This document shows positions 38,501 to 46,930 of a DNA stretch of 64,000 nucleotides, piece by piece (the stretch's first letter is position 1; each line of letters begins with the position of its first letter). The stretch is from a virus, in the IMG/VR virus record IMGVR_UViG_3300043410_001823, positions 21,338-85,337 of that record, one strand, 5' to 3'. The translations under genes and the position numbers were made by a program. The notes below the pieces were generated by a model, which did no database searches, was not told where the DNA came from, and worked only from the letters and a program-made list of their open reading frames with translations.

Positions 38501-40547
38501 CGCTATCTGAAGTTCCATTTCCTGGACCAACTACCATTCCACCAGTTGCCATCTTCTTGCCTCTAAATCTTGGAACCATCATTCCAGGATTGTTCTGTGC
38601 AAATGCAGCGCTTGCTCTAGTAGCTGCTTGGTATGCTGAAATTAATTGGTTTAAAGCATTTTTTTCAACATTAAATGTTTGTGTTAGTGTAGCGTGAGAC
38701 TGATTAAGCGAGTGAGCAGCTGCAGCTGCATCTAACTGTTCGCTATTCAAATATCGTGTTTGCTCTCCAAGAACTTGTGATTGTCCTGTAAGTCTTAAAT
38801 ACCCATTTCTCAATGTTAAGAATAGTTTAATAATATTAGCAATACCGTTAGCTAAAAGACCAAATGCCATAAGAACAATAGGTCCAATTCCTGCAACTCC
38901 GACAGTCATAATTGTTATAAACTTTTTAACACCATCAGAGAGACCATTAAATCTATCTAAAATACCAGAAACAAAATCAATAATTGGTGTTACGGCTTTT
39001 AAGAATGTTTCTCCGACTGGAACCAATGTCATCTTAAGATCTTCAATAGACTTCTTAAACTTATTCATTGCAGAGTCTGCAGTTACACCTAATTCTTGTG
39101 ATGATAGATTTGCAAGTTCTTCAGTTGATGCACTAGCTAAATCAAGTACTCTTGCTGCCTGTGTACCAGTTTTTGTAACATTTTGAAATAATGCTGATAG
39201 ACGAGCAAACTGGAACTTACCAAACATCTGCTCAATTGCACGTGCTCTTGCAAGTGGATCAAGTGTGTCTAGAGCTTTTGCAAATTCAACAACGGTAGAT
39301 CTTAGATCACCCTTGTTCTTTGAAACAATTTGTTGAATATTAATACCCATGCTTTGAAGCATTGCTGTTGCTTTTGTGCTTGGATTAATCAAAGATGCAA
39401 GACCAGACTTAAGTGCGTTAGCACCTTCTGATGCGTTAACTCCTCCTTCTTTCATTGCTGTTAAGAAGAATGCTAAGTCTTTTACGTTACCGCCAAGTTG
39501 TTTGATAACTGGAGCAACCTTAGGAATAGCAGTAGTGATATCATCAAGGGATGTTACAGTTTGGTTTTCTACTGCGTTTAAAAAGTCAATACTATTTGCA
39601 AGGTCTGCTGAAGATGTTCCAAATGCATTTTGTAAAGAAATAGTTGTTTGTAGAGCTTGCTGTGCATCAATTTGTCCAAGGACAGAAAGCCTTGTTGCTT
39701 CAGTTGTTTGTCGCTGTAGATCAAGTCCTTGGAAACCTGCTGCTGCTGCATCTGCTGCAAGACCTACGGTTTGTGAAACAGCAATACCATATCTAGTAAA
39801 CTGCTTTCCTAATTCTTGAATATTTGCAAGAGCTTGCTGTGTTTCGGCTTGTGGAGTAAATAAGTCTCCATAGACCTTTTTAAATTTAAGTGCTTGTGTT
39901 TCCATGTCCATAAATGTCTTTGTTGCCATCGAACCAACTGACATTAATGGAAGCGTAAAACCAACCATGAGCTGACGACCAGCCCACTGTGTATTCTTAC
40001 CAAAGTTCAAAAGATTTGTTGAACCTTGCTTCATTAATTGATTAAATATTGCTTGCTTTTGTGCAGCTATTTGTGCTTTTGTAGAATAGCTAGAAAGATC
40101 TAATTTATCAGGGATAACAGCTATAGCCTTCATAGCTCCAGAAGTATCTCTTCCAAGCTTTATATACTGTGTCTGTAGTTTCTTTACACGATCTTCTGCT
40201 ACCTTGCCGATTGTGTCAAACTCCGATTGGAATAGCTTGCCGAATGTTTTTGTAGAAGCTCCAGCATATCTGAAGTACTCACGCATTGAAAACTTATTCT
40301 TTTCAAGCGATGTTGTAAATGATTCGGCTGTTGTTTTTACGGTACGTAGTTCTGCAGAAAAAGCACCAATAGAATTGATATTGTTAAGAAGATTTTTCTG
40401 TAAAGACTTTTGTGCAAGCGCTGCAGCCTCAGATGATTTTGCTATAGAAGAATGGAATCTAGAGATCTGAGATTGTAGATTTTTAAGTTGGCTGAGGGCG
40501 TCTGACGTATTAATGTTAACGTCAATATTAGCATTTACATCAGACAC
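35514..40547 (-). CDS. Tape measure protein (TP901-type core)
   Basis: 1677 aa, helical and Ala-rich, central hydrophobic segment, two GG.V.GPG...SDSV...LSNGE motifs; canonical position. Confidence 0.92.
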   Translation of the reverse strand: MSDVNANIDVNINTSDALSQLKNLQSQISRFHSSIAKSSEAAALAQKSLQKNLLNNINSIGAFSAELRTVKTTAESFTTSLEKNKFSMREYFRYAGASTKTFGKLFQSEFDTIGKVAEDRVKKLQTQYIKLGRDTSGAMKAIAVIPDKLDLSSYSTKAQIAAQKQAIFNQLMKQGSTNLLNFGKNTQWAGRQLMVGFTLPLMSVGSMATKTFMDMETQALKFKKVYGDLFTPQAETQQALANIQELGKQFTRYGIAVSQTVGLAADAAAAGFQGLDLQRQTTEATRLSVLGQIDAQQALQTTISLQNAFGTSSADLANSIDFLNAVENQTVTSLDDITTAIPKVAPVIKQLGGNVKDLAFFLTAMKEGGVNASEGANALKSGLASLINPSTKATAMLQSMGINIQQIVSKNKGDLRSTVVEFAKALDTLDPLARARAIEQMFGKFQFARLSALFQNVTKTGTQAARVLDLASASTEELANLSSQELGVTADSAMNKFKKSIEDLKMTLVPVGETFLKAVTPIIDFVSGILDRFNGLSDGVKKFITIMTVGVAGIGPIVLMAFGLLANGIANIIKLFLTLRNGYLRLTGQSQVLGEQTRYLNSEQLDAAAAAHSLNQSHATLTQTFNVEKNALNQLISAYQAATRASAAFAQNNPGMMVPRFRGKKMATGGMVVGPGNGTSDSVPAMLSNGEAVIPAKNVQKYPHLTAGLVAGNIPGFQNGLFPAYTNAVTLLKKSTNYALNTRKGGSGIAASDLAAEFAQGGAGIQSPIITAIAEALGAKRSPDIVKMLGKDPNLAKFGSSISQGIAQELLTLGNNKVADQQLTQIYQKVARQQAQNYGSVYSNAVEKFFTEITTFEDTSMKRRRSSGLLESIGRAQTTAGVSSYRNKSSVYDKVSKALGLSSTEGLVKAHVADRQMLDLTKISTPTKQLRDALTRQAKGLVVIVERGVKQAQKSASPSEVGRELGNDFGQGYVNGIEEKTAQAKTASRTMVNGTADSADIAVQKSIARHERKLAKRGIVAGGVAPKASMLSRMRGVAGTAMSKLSNPKVGFGLSSALMMGSMLPGKAGEIAGQASTVGFLLQALKMLPGPLKLVSGGLLATYGIIKVVNWWREKERVAIQGLADAATMSGDKLKTLGDFFGVVTTKLPYESLGGNQMAMSAQQKTKVDQLREDPNFKKNFKNDIASLKKTSGSNAKMVLQSLGLQLGARGFAQDQIQTIIQALQVESGKTALKLDFKSVGVINDKNIQSQATNISQKFSETFGKGVQKTLVEYTGPRSAPIVKVITEFSKSQKSLMNAAASSMFGIYQGLIGQFQQGTINATSFNKQIAVLNGQIQSMPQATQLQFISSMFEKLGPAAVKATAGIKGAHDQLNAFLALSYGGLDVDSQILKVLANRDKYDPKVVGRAQMQLSAAVKRGLALQKQIAEMTKQETGTGTGTGTGTGTDTLSKEAKLTIARLQKELDALKTKRDLIKETNDELNRQYEYQQKLADLQQSALQAKAQGNYIQAAMLQQQQYKTTADFNKETANLALDKTITRLENRISALQAGEKVTAAEKALAKAKSGLAFGGLVRGPGTAMSDSVKARVGYAAGGMINLSNGEYVMRQAAVRTYGTSFMNAINDGKVGVNDGATNNSSVYNVTMTINGGTSSANEIADQVIKKLNVLSSRANRSNMVM

Positions 40548-40570
40548 TCACTCACCTCTTTTAAGTTTTA

Positions 40571-40891
40571 TTATGCATTGAGTTCAAAATTTGGTAGGCC
40601 AGCGAAACTTGTTCCTGCTGCAACCTCAACAATTTTATAAACTGTTGGAAGATCTACAATTTCTTCTAGGGCTGCTTTGTCACCAGAAAAATCTGGCTTG
40701 TATTGCTTAAGAGCAATCAAAACACAATCCATAAGAACGTCAATTGACTTATCGTTATCTTCTGCCACCTTTTCAACCTCACCAAACTTCTTCAAAAATT
40801 CACGAAGAAGAGAGATTTTTAAAGGACGAAGACTAAGCTCTGAGTTGTCCATAAGCTTAATTGTTTCTTCCTTGTACTCGGTTGTTGCCAT
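40571..40891 (-). CDS. Tail assembly chaperone (short, G-like)
   Basis: Lies between tail tube and tape measure. Paralogous to the N-terminal half of 40935-41630. Confidence 0.65.
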   Translation of the reverse strand: MATTEYKEETIKLMDNSELSLRPLKISLLREFLKKFGEVEKVAEDNDKSIDVLMDCVLIALKQYKPDFSGDKAALEEIVDLPTVYKIVEVAAGTSFAGLPNFELNA

Positions 40892-40934
40892 CTATACCCT
40901 CCTAGATATTAAGTTAATTATATCATAATCGAAT

Positions 40935-41630
40935 CTAATTTCTTAGATCTTCATAATCTAATCCCATGCCGATACCAAATCCAGCATTTACTGCATTTTG
41001 TCCTTGTAATGAAACAACATCGTTTGAATCTGATGTTTGTCCCTTACTAAACACCCTAGCCTTTAGGTCTTCCCATTCCTTTTGGCCCTTTTCTTCTTCA
41101 GCACCTTCATCAAGATCTACACCTTGAATTGCTGCTAAAAACTTATTTTGTGCATACTCTGTTTCTCTTTTAGCTTCAAGAGTAGATATTAACTCTGGTA
41201 AAGAAAGAGATGTTTCTAGGTCTTCGTAGTCTTTCCAGATGCCCAACAAAAATAGTTCTGCCTCTAACTTGGCTAAATCTAGAGTTTCCCATGTAGCCCC
41301 GCCTTCTTCTGCCTGCTCCTTAACAGAATCATCTGATTTAGGATTAATAATGATATTTGCAGATAGTTCTAAGATCTCGTTAATCATTGGCATATTCATA
41401 ATATTTTCAACATCCTCTTGCGTAAACTTTTTACCTGGAAAATATTGACGCATTGAGATAGCAACACATTCTGACAAAATTGACATAGACTCTACATCAT
41501 CACGGGATTCATGAATCTGCTTAAAAACTTCCATAAAATCTCTTAAATATTTTATTTTTAATGGAGTTATATAAGCCTCTGATCCATCCAGAAATGTGAT
41601 AGTTTTGCTTTTATAGACTGATGTAGGCAT
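40935..41630 (-). CDS. Tail assembly chaperone (long, GT-like)
   Basis: Position; the N-terminal half aligns with the downstream 106-aa gene. Start MPTSVY follows TGATAAAAT (41639-41647). Confidence 0.65.
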   Translation of the reverse strand: MPTSVYKSKTITFLDGSEAYITPLKIKYLRDFMEVFKQIHESRDDVESMSILSECVAISMRQYFPGKKFTQEDVENIMNMPMINEILELSANIIINPKSDDSVKEQAEEGGATWETLDLAKLEAELFLLGIWKDYEDLETSLSLPELISTLEAKRETEYAQNKFLAAIQGVDLDEGAEEEKGQKEWEDLKARVFSKGQTSDSNDVVSLQGQNAVNAGFGIGMGLDYEDLRN

Positions 41631-41649
41631 AGATATCAATTTTATCATA

Positions 41650-41685
41650 AAACAACAAAGCCCACTACCAAAAAGGTAATGGGCT
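41650..41685 (-). terminator. Intrinsic terminator after the major tail gene
   Basis: AGCCCATTACC-ttttt-GGTAGTGGGCT followed by TTGTTGTTTT. Confidence 0.75.
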
Positions 41686-41701
41686 CGTCGTCTATATTAA
41701 A

Positions 41702-42337
41702 TTATGAAGCTGGTGTAAAAGTACGATCTACGATCTTACCATATGAACCAGATGTGTCTTCTGGGAGAAGACGGAATGAAACTTCGAACATTGAAGCTTC
41801 GTCACGCTTTGCAGAAACTGTAACATTTTCGATTGAAAGTGCACGGTATGCTGTGTAAACACGCTCTACTGAGTCTGAATTTACGCAGTCACCTGTTCCT
41901 GGTCCGACTGCAACGAGGCCACGTTCAACTGGACATTCACCAATCTTACCTGCAGACATGTTTAGAACACGTCCAGCGGAAGTTGACTTTGATCCAGTAA
42001 GCTCTGTATCCTTGTATGCTAAAGCCAATAGAAGATTTTCTAGTGTAGCTTCAGCGAAAGCAGTTGCAAGATTTACCTTCATGCCCTGCTTATAAAGTTT
42101 AGCAACGTCAAGAACCTGATCAACCTGTACTTCACCGAAGTCTGGTTGGAACTGGAGCTCAAGACCGTTACGAGTGTATCCAACGTTCTCGTATGTTGAT
42201 GCTGCTGAAAGTGTATCCTTGAACGATTCTGATGAAACAAAAGACTGAGTTGTTGACGGAGTCAGTGTTGTATCAGCAACGAAAAGGGCAGCTGCACCAA
42301 CGATAATGTTGGTTGACGTACCACGGCTGTATGCCAT
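41702..42337 (-). CDS. Major tail (tube) protein
   Basis: NIIVGAA, VGYT..GLE...VDQ and AEATLENL motifs. Strong GAGGTG RBS, own promoter and terminator. Confidence 0.8.
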   Translation of the reverse strand: MAYSRGTSTNIIVGAAALFVADTTLTPSTTQSFVSSESFKDTLSAASTYENVGYTRNGLELQFQPDFGEVQVDQVLDVAKLYKQGMKVNLATAFAEATLENLLLALAYKDTELTGSKSTSAGRVLNMSAGKIGECPVERGLVAVGPGTGDCVNSDSVERVYTAYRALSIENVTVSAKRDEASMFEVSFRLLPEDTSGSYGKIVDRTFTPAS

Positions 42338-42411
42338 ATTTTTTCACCTCTACTTTCAGAATGAGATTTTAGTATTGGCGTGTTTCCTCAAAATACAGTA
42401 TATCAGCCTTT

Positions 42412-42966
42412 TTAATTATATTTGTAGTTGGCTGGGGTTACTATATGATAGTCGTACTCAACAATAATCTTATTAACAAACAGGGTTCTGGCTGAGGCTA
42501 GCTCTGCTACGTCCCTGCTTTCATCTGCCTGATAAACCTTCACATTATGGAAAAATGTATTAAACCCTGTCATATTCTTGGAGCACCATGAGTTGATATC
42601 TTGGGCTGCTGCATCTTCTCGATCTAGAACATCTGTGATGACCCTAACTGTATTAATAAGCTTATCAAGGTCTGCTGTATAAACAAAATATACAAGTTGC
42701 TCCTTTTTAGTCCTATAAAATGCATTTGATCTGAATCTCATTAAACGGTCATATACCATCAATAGCGGACTCTGAGTTTGTCTAATTTGCAAGCTATCAT
42801 TGTATAAATCTTCTATGTTAGTAGGGAATTGAGCTGGAACCATTGGGCTTGTGACTAGATCAGTATCTGCAATCAAACCAAACTCTTGAAGCTTAGCTAA
42901 AACATAAGCATTTATAAAAGTAGGTGGAAAACCTGTGTCAGCGATATTTGGAACATATGTACTCAT
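42412..42966 (-). CDS. Tail terminator/completion protein (putative)
   Basis: Size and position directly upstream of the tail tube gene. Confidence 0.5.
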   Translation of the reverse strand: MSTYVPNIADTGFPPTFINAYVLAKLQEFGLIADTDLVTSPMVPAQFPTNIEDLYNDSLQIRQTQSPLLMVYDRLMRFRSNAFYRTKKEQLVYFVYTADLDKLINTVRVITDVLDREDAAAQDINSWCSKNMTGFNTFFHNVKVYQADESRDVAELASARTLFVNKIIVEYDYHIVTPANYKYN

Positions 42967-43643
42967 TATTCTAGTCCTATCTGTGCATTAGATATCCAGC
43001 GATACCCTGTTGAAATTCCGACATTTTTTCCCATCTTAGCACCAGAAGCAAGATTTTTCTTGTATGCTACAGGCTTGCTTAGATATGAAGATATTCCAGA
43101 CGCAGATAAAAATGATTGTCTAAAATAGTTATTCATAAATGAATCAAAAGCTCTTTCAAATGCACCTTGAACTTCTGTTCCTCCAGGGTTATTTATCGTG
43201 ACTGGCTTATTTGTAAAAATCTCTTCACCATCTATTTCAAATCTAAGAACATTAGATTTTTTTGGTGCAATCTTGATTGGTATTCCATTTTCCATAATCT
43301 TTGCTTTATCATAAAATGGTTTATCTGCAGTATTAGCTTTTGTTTTAGACTGTTTAAAAGTAGATCTTACAGATAGCCCCATATTGCTAACAGTATAGTC
43401 TAGGTCATAAAGTCTAGCCATTGGGCTACCCGTCTTGTACCATTCATATACGTGGTGCATTGCTTGTGGATTTGCTTTTGCTTCTATATCTATATAGCTA
43501 TGCATAATTGGCAAAATTCCCTCACCAAGATTTTGCAAGAAAATTCTTTTACCTTTTTGAACACCCTCTAAAAATCCAATTGAATATTGAACAATATTTT
43601 GAAGCTGTTTCTCAAAGTTCTTTGAGTTGGTGGTAACTATCAT
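42966..43643 (-). CDS. Neck/tail completion protein (putative)
   Basis: Position in the neck cluster; I.PKK..VLRF...V..PG motif. Confidence 0.5.
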   Translation of the reverse strand: MIVTTNSKNFEKQLQNIVQYSIGFLEGVQKGKRIFLQNLGEGILPIMHSYIDIEAKANPQAMHHVYEWYKTGSPMARLYDLDYTVSNMGLSVRSTFKQSKTKANTADKPFYDKAKIMENGIPIKIAPKKSNVLRFEIDGEEIFTNKPVTINNPGGTEVQGAFERAFDSFMNNYFRQSFLSASGISSYLSKPVAYKKNLASGAKMGKNVGISTGYRWISNAQIGLE

Positions 43644-44092
43644 TATTCACCAACTGTCTGGTTTTCAGCTCGTCTTAATAACAATCTGTAATATTCTACA
43701 TCTCCGAATGGACCAACAAAAGGTTGGACTGTAGCTAATTCATAAATAGTTGCTTTGCCAGTTCTAACACCAGCGGTCTCTACGTAGATTGGTTCATCAC
43801 CACTATTTCTAATATTAGTCATGAGGATATTGGTTATTGCATTACTACCACCCTTAGATGCAAGTCTAGGGTCAGCCTTAACTCGTCCAATCAACTGATT
43901 CTCAAGCTGTAAAAATGATGCTGGATTAATTTCATCTTTTGCATACTTGCCAAATGGAGTTGCATTGCAAACAACAGTTCTATCAAATACCCATTTCTTT
44001 TTAGGCTGACCATATTCACCCTGTTCGATTACAGGATAGAATATGTCTACCTTCATGGGATAAATAGCATCTGGTCGTTCGCAATTAATCAT
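43643..44092 (-). CDS. Head closure/stopper protein (putative)
   Basis: Position, beta-rich composition, GEYGQPKKKW motif. Confidence 0.5.
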   Translation of the reverse strand: MINCERPDAIYPMKVDIFYPVIEQGEYGQPKKKWVFDRTVVCNATPFGKYAKDEINPASFLQLENQLIGRVKADPRLASKGGSNAITNILMTNIRNSGDEPIYVETAGVRTGKATIYELATVQPFVGPFGDVEYYRLLLRRAENQTVGE

Positions 44093-45066
44093 TAAATTAC
44101 CCTTGGCTTATAAATAGATACGATATATCTTTGTAGAATTCTATCAACAAAGTTATTGCCAGTACCCTGAAATGCTGAGGTGTCAATCGTTACGCTAAAT
44201 TGATCTGTTCGATAATCTGTTACATATCTTTTAGCATAATCAAGCTTTCCGCACTTGATATCGTCAATTAATCTTGTTGTTGCATCTTCAATGTCGTGAG
44301 GAATAACCTTGTACCCTGCTTCATAAATAACAACATAGTCCCATCCTTCTGGGAATAAAACTGGTTGATCGTACATGATCTGATTTGCACTATCAATTGG
44401 AACTGATCCACGATATGAATCAGATACAGCTCTAGGAAGCTTACGAGGGCGCTTCTCGGCACGATTAAAACCAATCTGTGCAGGAACATACTCTTTATAA
44501 ATAGCAGATCTATCTTGAGTTATTCCATAAACAAAACCTTTGCCAAGAGATGGGTCTTCAGCATTTACATCGTAAACAAGGTCTCCATTTTCATAAACCT
44601 GCAAAACTTTATATCCCATATCCCATAGTGGAAGATAATCTGTGCCTTCTCCAACGACTTCCATAACTGTCTTTTCAAAAATCAAACCTTTTGGTCCAAT
44701 AACAGAATCAATGAGGCCACGAGCAAGTTGTTCGTTTTCCATATATTCAGAAACTTCTGATGCTGTACCTGATCCATATTTTTCTGCAAGCATATATGGG
44801 TTAACATAGGGCTTCATAATATTAAGTACGTCTTGCACAACAACATCTCCGTCTGTATCATAAACTAAAACGGCATAGTTGTGATCATATTTTACAAAGT
44901 CGCCAGTTAACTCATACTTGATCTTAGAGTTAGCATCTGATACCAGAGTCACTTCTGCCTCAATGGTACGTGGAGCATTTTCAATAGTGAATACATACTG
45001 AGCATTTGGCTCTGGAACTGAATATTCAGCATATAGTGGGAATGGTGGGATTCGTAGAATCTGCAT
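44092..45066 (-). CDS. Head-tail adaptor protein
   Basis: YEAGYKVIPHDIEDA and VDRILQRY adaptor motifs. Confidence 0.65.
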   Translation of the reverse strand: MQILRIPPFPLYAEYSVPEPNAQYVFTIENAPRTIEAEVTLVSDANSKIKYELTGDFVKYDHNYAVLVYDTDGDVVVQDVLNIMKPYVNPYMLAEKYGSGTASEVSEYMENEQLARGLIDSVIGPKGLIFEKTVMEVVGEGTDYLPLWDMGYKVLQVYENGDLVYDVNAEDPSLGKGFVYGITQDRSAIYKEYVPAQIGFNRAEKRPRKLPRAVSDSYRGSVPIDSANQIMYDQPVLFPEGWDYVVIYEAGYKVIPHDIEDATTRLIDDIKCGKLDYAKRYVTDYRTDQFSVTIDTSAFQGTGNNFVDRILQRYIVSIYKPRVI

Positions 45067-45419
45067 TATACTTTACCGTAGTATTTGGCTACCTCTTCAG
45101 GAGTTGCTTTACGCACTTCCTTACGGGTTAACCACTTCTCGGTGTCCTCCTTTGCGACAATGTTATATCCCACTTTTAGCTCTCCAAGTTCACCCCAAAA
45201 AAGATTTCTAGATGAGTATACAGCTTCTTTTTCACCTGTCTTTTTTACTTCTTTTTTCTTTTCTTTTACATTTGGAAATTCTTCGATTGGAACAAAGTTT
45301 AGAATTGTTTCTAATATTTCATCTTTAGTGCTTGTTCCATATAGGTCAATATTGTTATCTTTTGCGTACTTCTTAAGCTTTGTTATTGAACTTTTCTTTA
45401 ATTCTTCTACTAATCCCAT
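45066..45419 (-). CDS. Hypothetical protein with N-terminal Rho-N/HeH-like motif
   Basis: LKKSSITKLKKYAKDNNIDLYGTSTKDEIL. Confidence 0.55.
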   Translation of the reverse strand: MGLVEELKKSSITKLKKYAKDNNIDLYGTSTKDEILETILNFVPIEEFPNVKEKKKEVKKTGEKEAVYSSRNLFWGELGELKVGYNIVAKEDTEKWLTRKEVRKATPEEVAKYYGKV

Positions 45420-45453
45420 TTTTTCTCCTTATTTAATGAATTATATCACAGGA

Positions 45454-45696
45454 CTATCGTCTTGTGGTTCTAAAGCCATTCTGTTGTGGTAGTCTTGCTC
45501 CACTTGGAGTTCCTGATGGGTTTACTGCATTAGGTCCTGATGTATCTCCAAAGATTGCATCAGCATGATTTCCTAATATATATGTTTGTGTCATTACACC
45601 TCTAGGTCCAGATACTATTGCCCCACCAACTCCACCAACTACAAAAGCACCGTTACCATTTAACGGATTACTTTGATCTGCTCCTGAATATGACAT
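45454..45696 (-). CDS. 80-aa protein paralogous to the capsid protein N-terminal arm
   Basis: Shares LNG.G.F, LGN and GPNAVNPSGTP.G..LP.Q with the MCP N-terminus; AAGGAG RBS. Confidence 0.75.
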   Translation of the reverse strand: MSYSGADQSNPLNGNGAFVVGGVGGAIVSGPRGVMTQTYILGNHADAIFGDTSGPNAVNPSGTPSGARLPQQNGFRTTRR

Positions 45697-45713
45697 ATTT
45701 ACTCCTTAATAGA

Positions 45714-45751
45714 CTAAAGGGAGGGAGGCTATGAAAACCATCCCTCCCCTT
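45714..45751 (-). terminator. Hairpin/terminator after the major capsid gene
   Basis: AAGGGGAGGGA...TCCCTCCCTTT with only a short T-run (probably leaky). Confidence 0.65.
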
Positions 45752-45768
45752 GTCGGGTAGAAATCAGA

Positions 45769-46905
45769 TTATGACTCTACTGCAGCATCTGCGTACGCAA
45801 CTGCATCAAGTTCTTCCCATTGGATACCGAAACGAACGAATACTGTGTACTCGATTGTGTCCTTCTTTGGACGGTATTCACGGTTAACAGTGATGTCACG
45901 CTGGAAGCCCCATACACGGTTCTGTGGGAATGTCAAGTCGACATATCCTGCAGGGTAGTAAGGAACTTCTTGCACGTCAATTCCAAGAACACGAGTTGTA
46001 CGTGCTCCACCAAATGTCTGTGCTGTGCCATCAAGGTATGCTTGACGCATCTGTGGTGTACCAGCAGGTACTGAAGAGAATGCTTCTGCGATTGCATCAG
46101 CAAGTGTTCCATTGTGCTTTACGATACCTGCGAATGCATCGGTACCAGCATAGAACTTAAGGTTTGACTTAAGTGCACGGTACTTACGTGGCATTGCAAG
46201 GATGATATCCTGCATCACGTTTGTGTTCCATGCATTGTCAGATACTGTTACGATTGACTCGTGAGCACCTGATCCTGGAGCCTTAACCTTGTGAACGAAA
46301 CCTTCCATAATTGAAAGGAAGTCACCTGTTGATCCATCGCCATTAATAGCAAGATCTTCAATATCGTTACCGAATGCATTGGTCATCAAGCGAACTAGAT
46401 GATCTTCAAGTGCACCGCCTTCAATATTGTCTTCAAGTGCTTCAGTTGCAACTTCCCAGTCAAGACGAATCTTCTTTGTAGTCAATTCGACCTTTGTGAA
46501 TGTTGCGCCAACGTTTGTGAAGTCGTATGAAGCCTGTGCAGCTGCACGGATCACACGCTCTCCAACGTTAACCTTGTCAAGTTCCATTGTATTAGCACGC
46601 ATTGTAACTCTACGTCCATCTTGAGCGAGTACAGTTGCATCCCATACGTAATCAATAAAACGACGAGCTTGTTCTGGTAGAAGAATACCACCAGGTGTAC
46701 CAGATGGATTTACTGCGTTTGGTCCAAGTGTAGAACCTGCAAGTGCTGTTGGGATATTTCCAAGAACAGCATTGTCATGGTAGTTACCTGGAACGTTAGC
46801 ACCAGTATCTGAGCCAGACGCAAATGAACCCTCACCGTTCAACGCTCCTGGAGGAGTTGCTGAACCTGGATAGTTCTTTACGATTTCTGTGTTTTGTTCC
46901 GACAT
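45769..46905 (-). CDS. Major capsid protein (HK97 fold)
   Basis: GGILLPEQARRFID, EALEDNIEG and DIEDLAINGD motifs; AGGAGGTG RBS; follows the protease/scaffold gene. Confidence 0.9.
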   Translation of the reverse strand: MSEQNTEIVKNYPGSATPPGALNGEGSFASGSDTGANVPGNYHDNAVLGNIPTALAGSTLGPNAVNPSGTPGGILLPEQARRFIDYVWDATVLAQDGRRVTMRANTMELDKVNVGERVIRAAAQASYDFTNVGATFTKVELTTKKIRLDWEVATEALEDNIEGGALEDHLVRLMTNAFGNDIEDLAINGDGSTGDFLSIMEGFVHKVKAPGSGAHESIVTVSDNAWNTNVMQDIILAMPRKYRALKSNLKFYAGTDAFAGIVKHNGTLADAIAEAFSSVPAGTPQMRQAYLDGTAQTFGGARTTRVLGIDVQEVPYYPAGYVDLTFPQNRVWGFQRDITVNREYRPKKDTIEYTVFVRFGIQWEELDAVAYADAAVES

Positions 46906-46930
46906 ATTGTTCACCTCCTAGTGATTTTCT

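Noticed and set aside
40571-41630. Programmed frameshift joining the two tail chaperone ORFs
   Set aside because: The ORFs are separated by 43 nt containing a promoter motif and RBS, and are paralogues rather than G and T halves.
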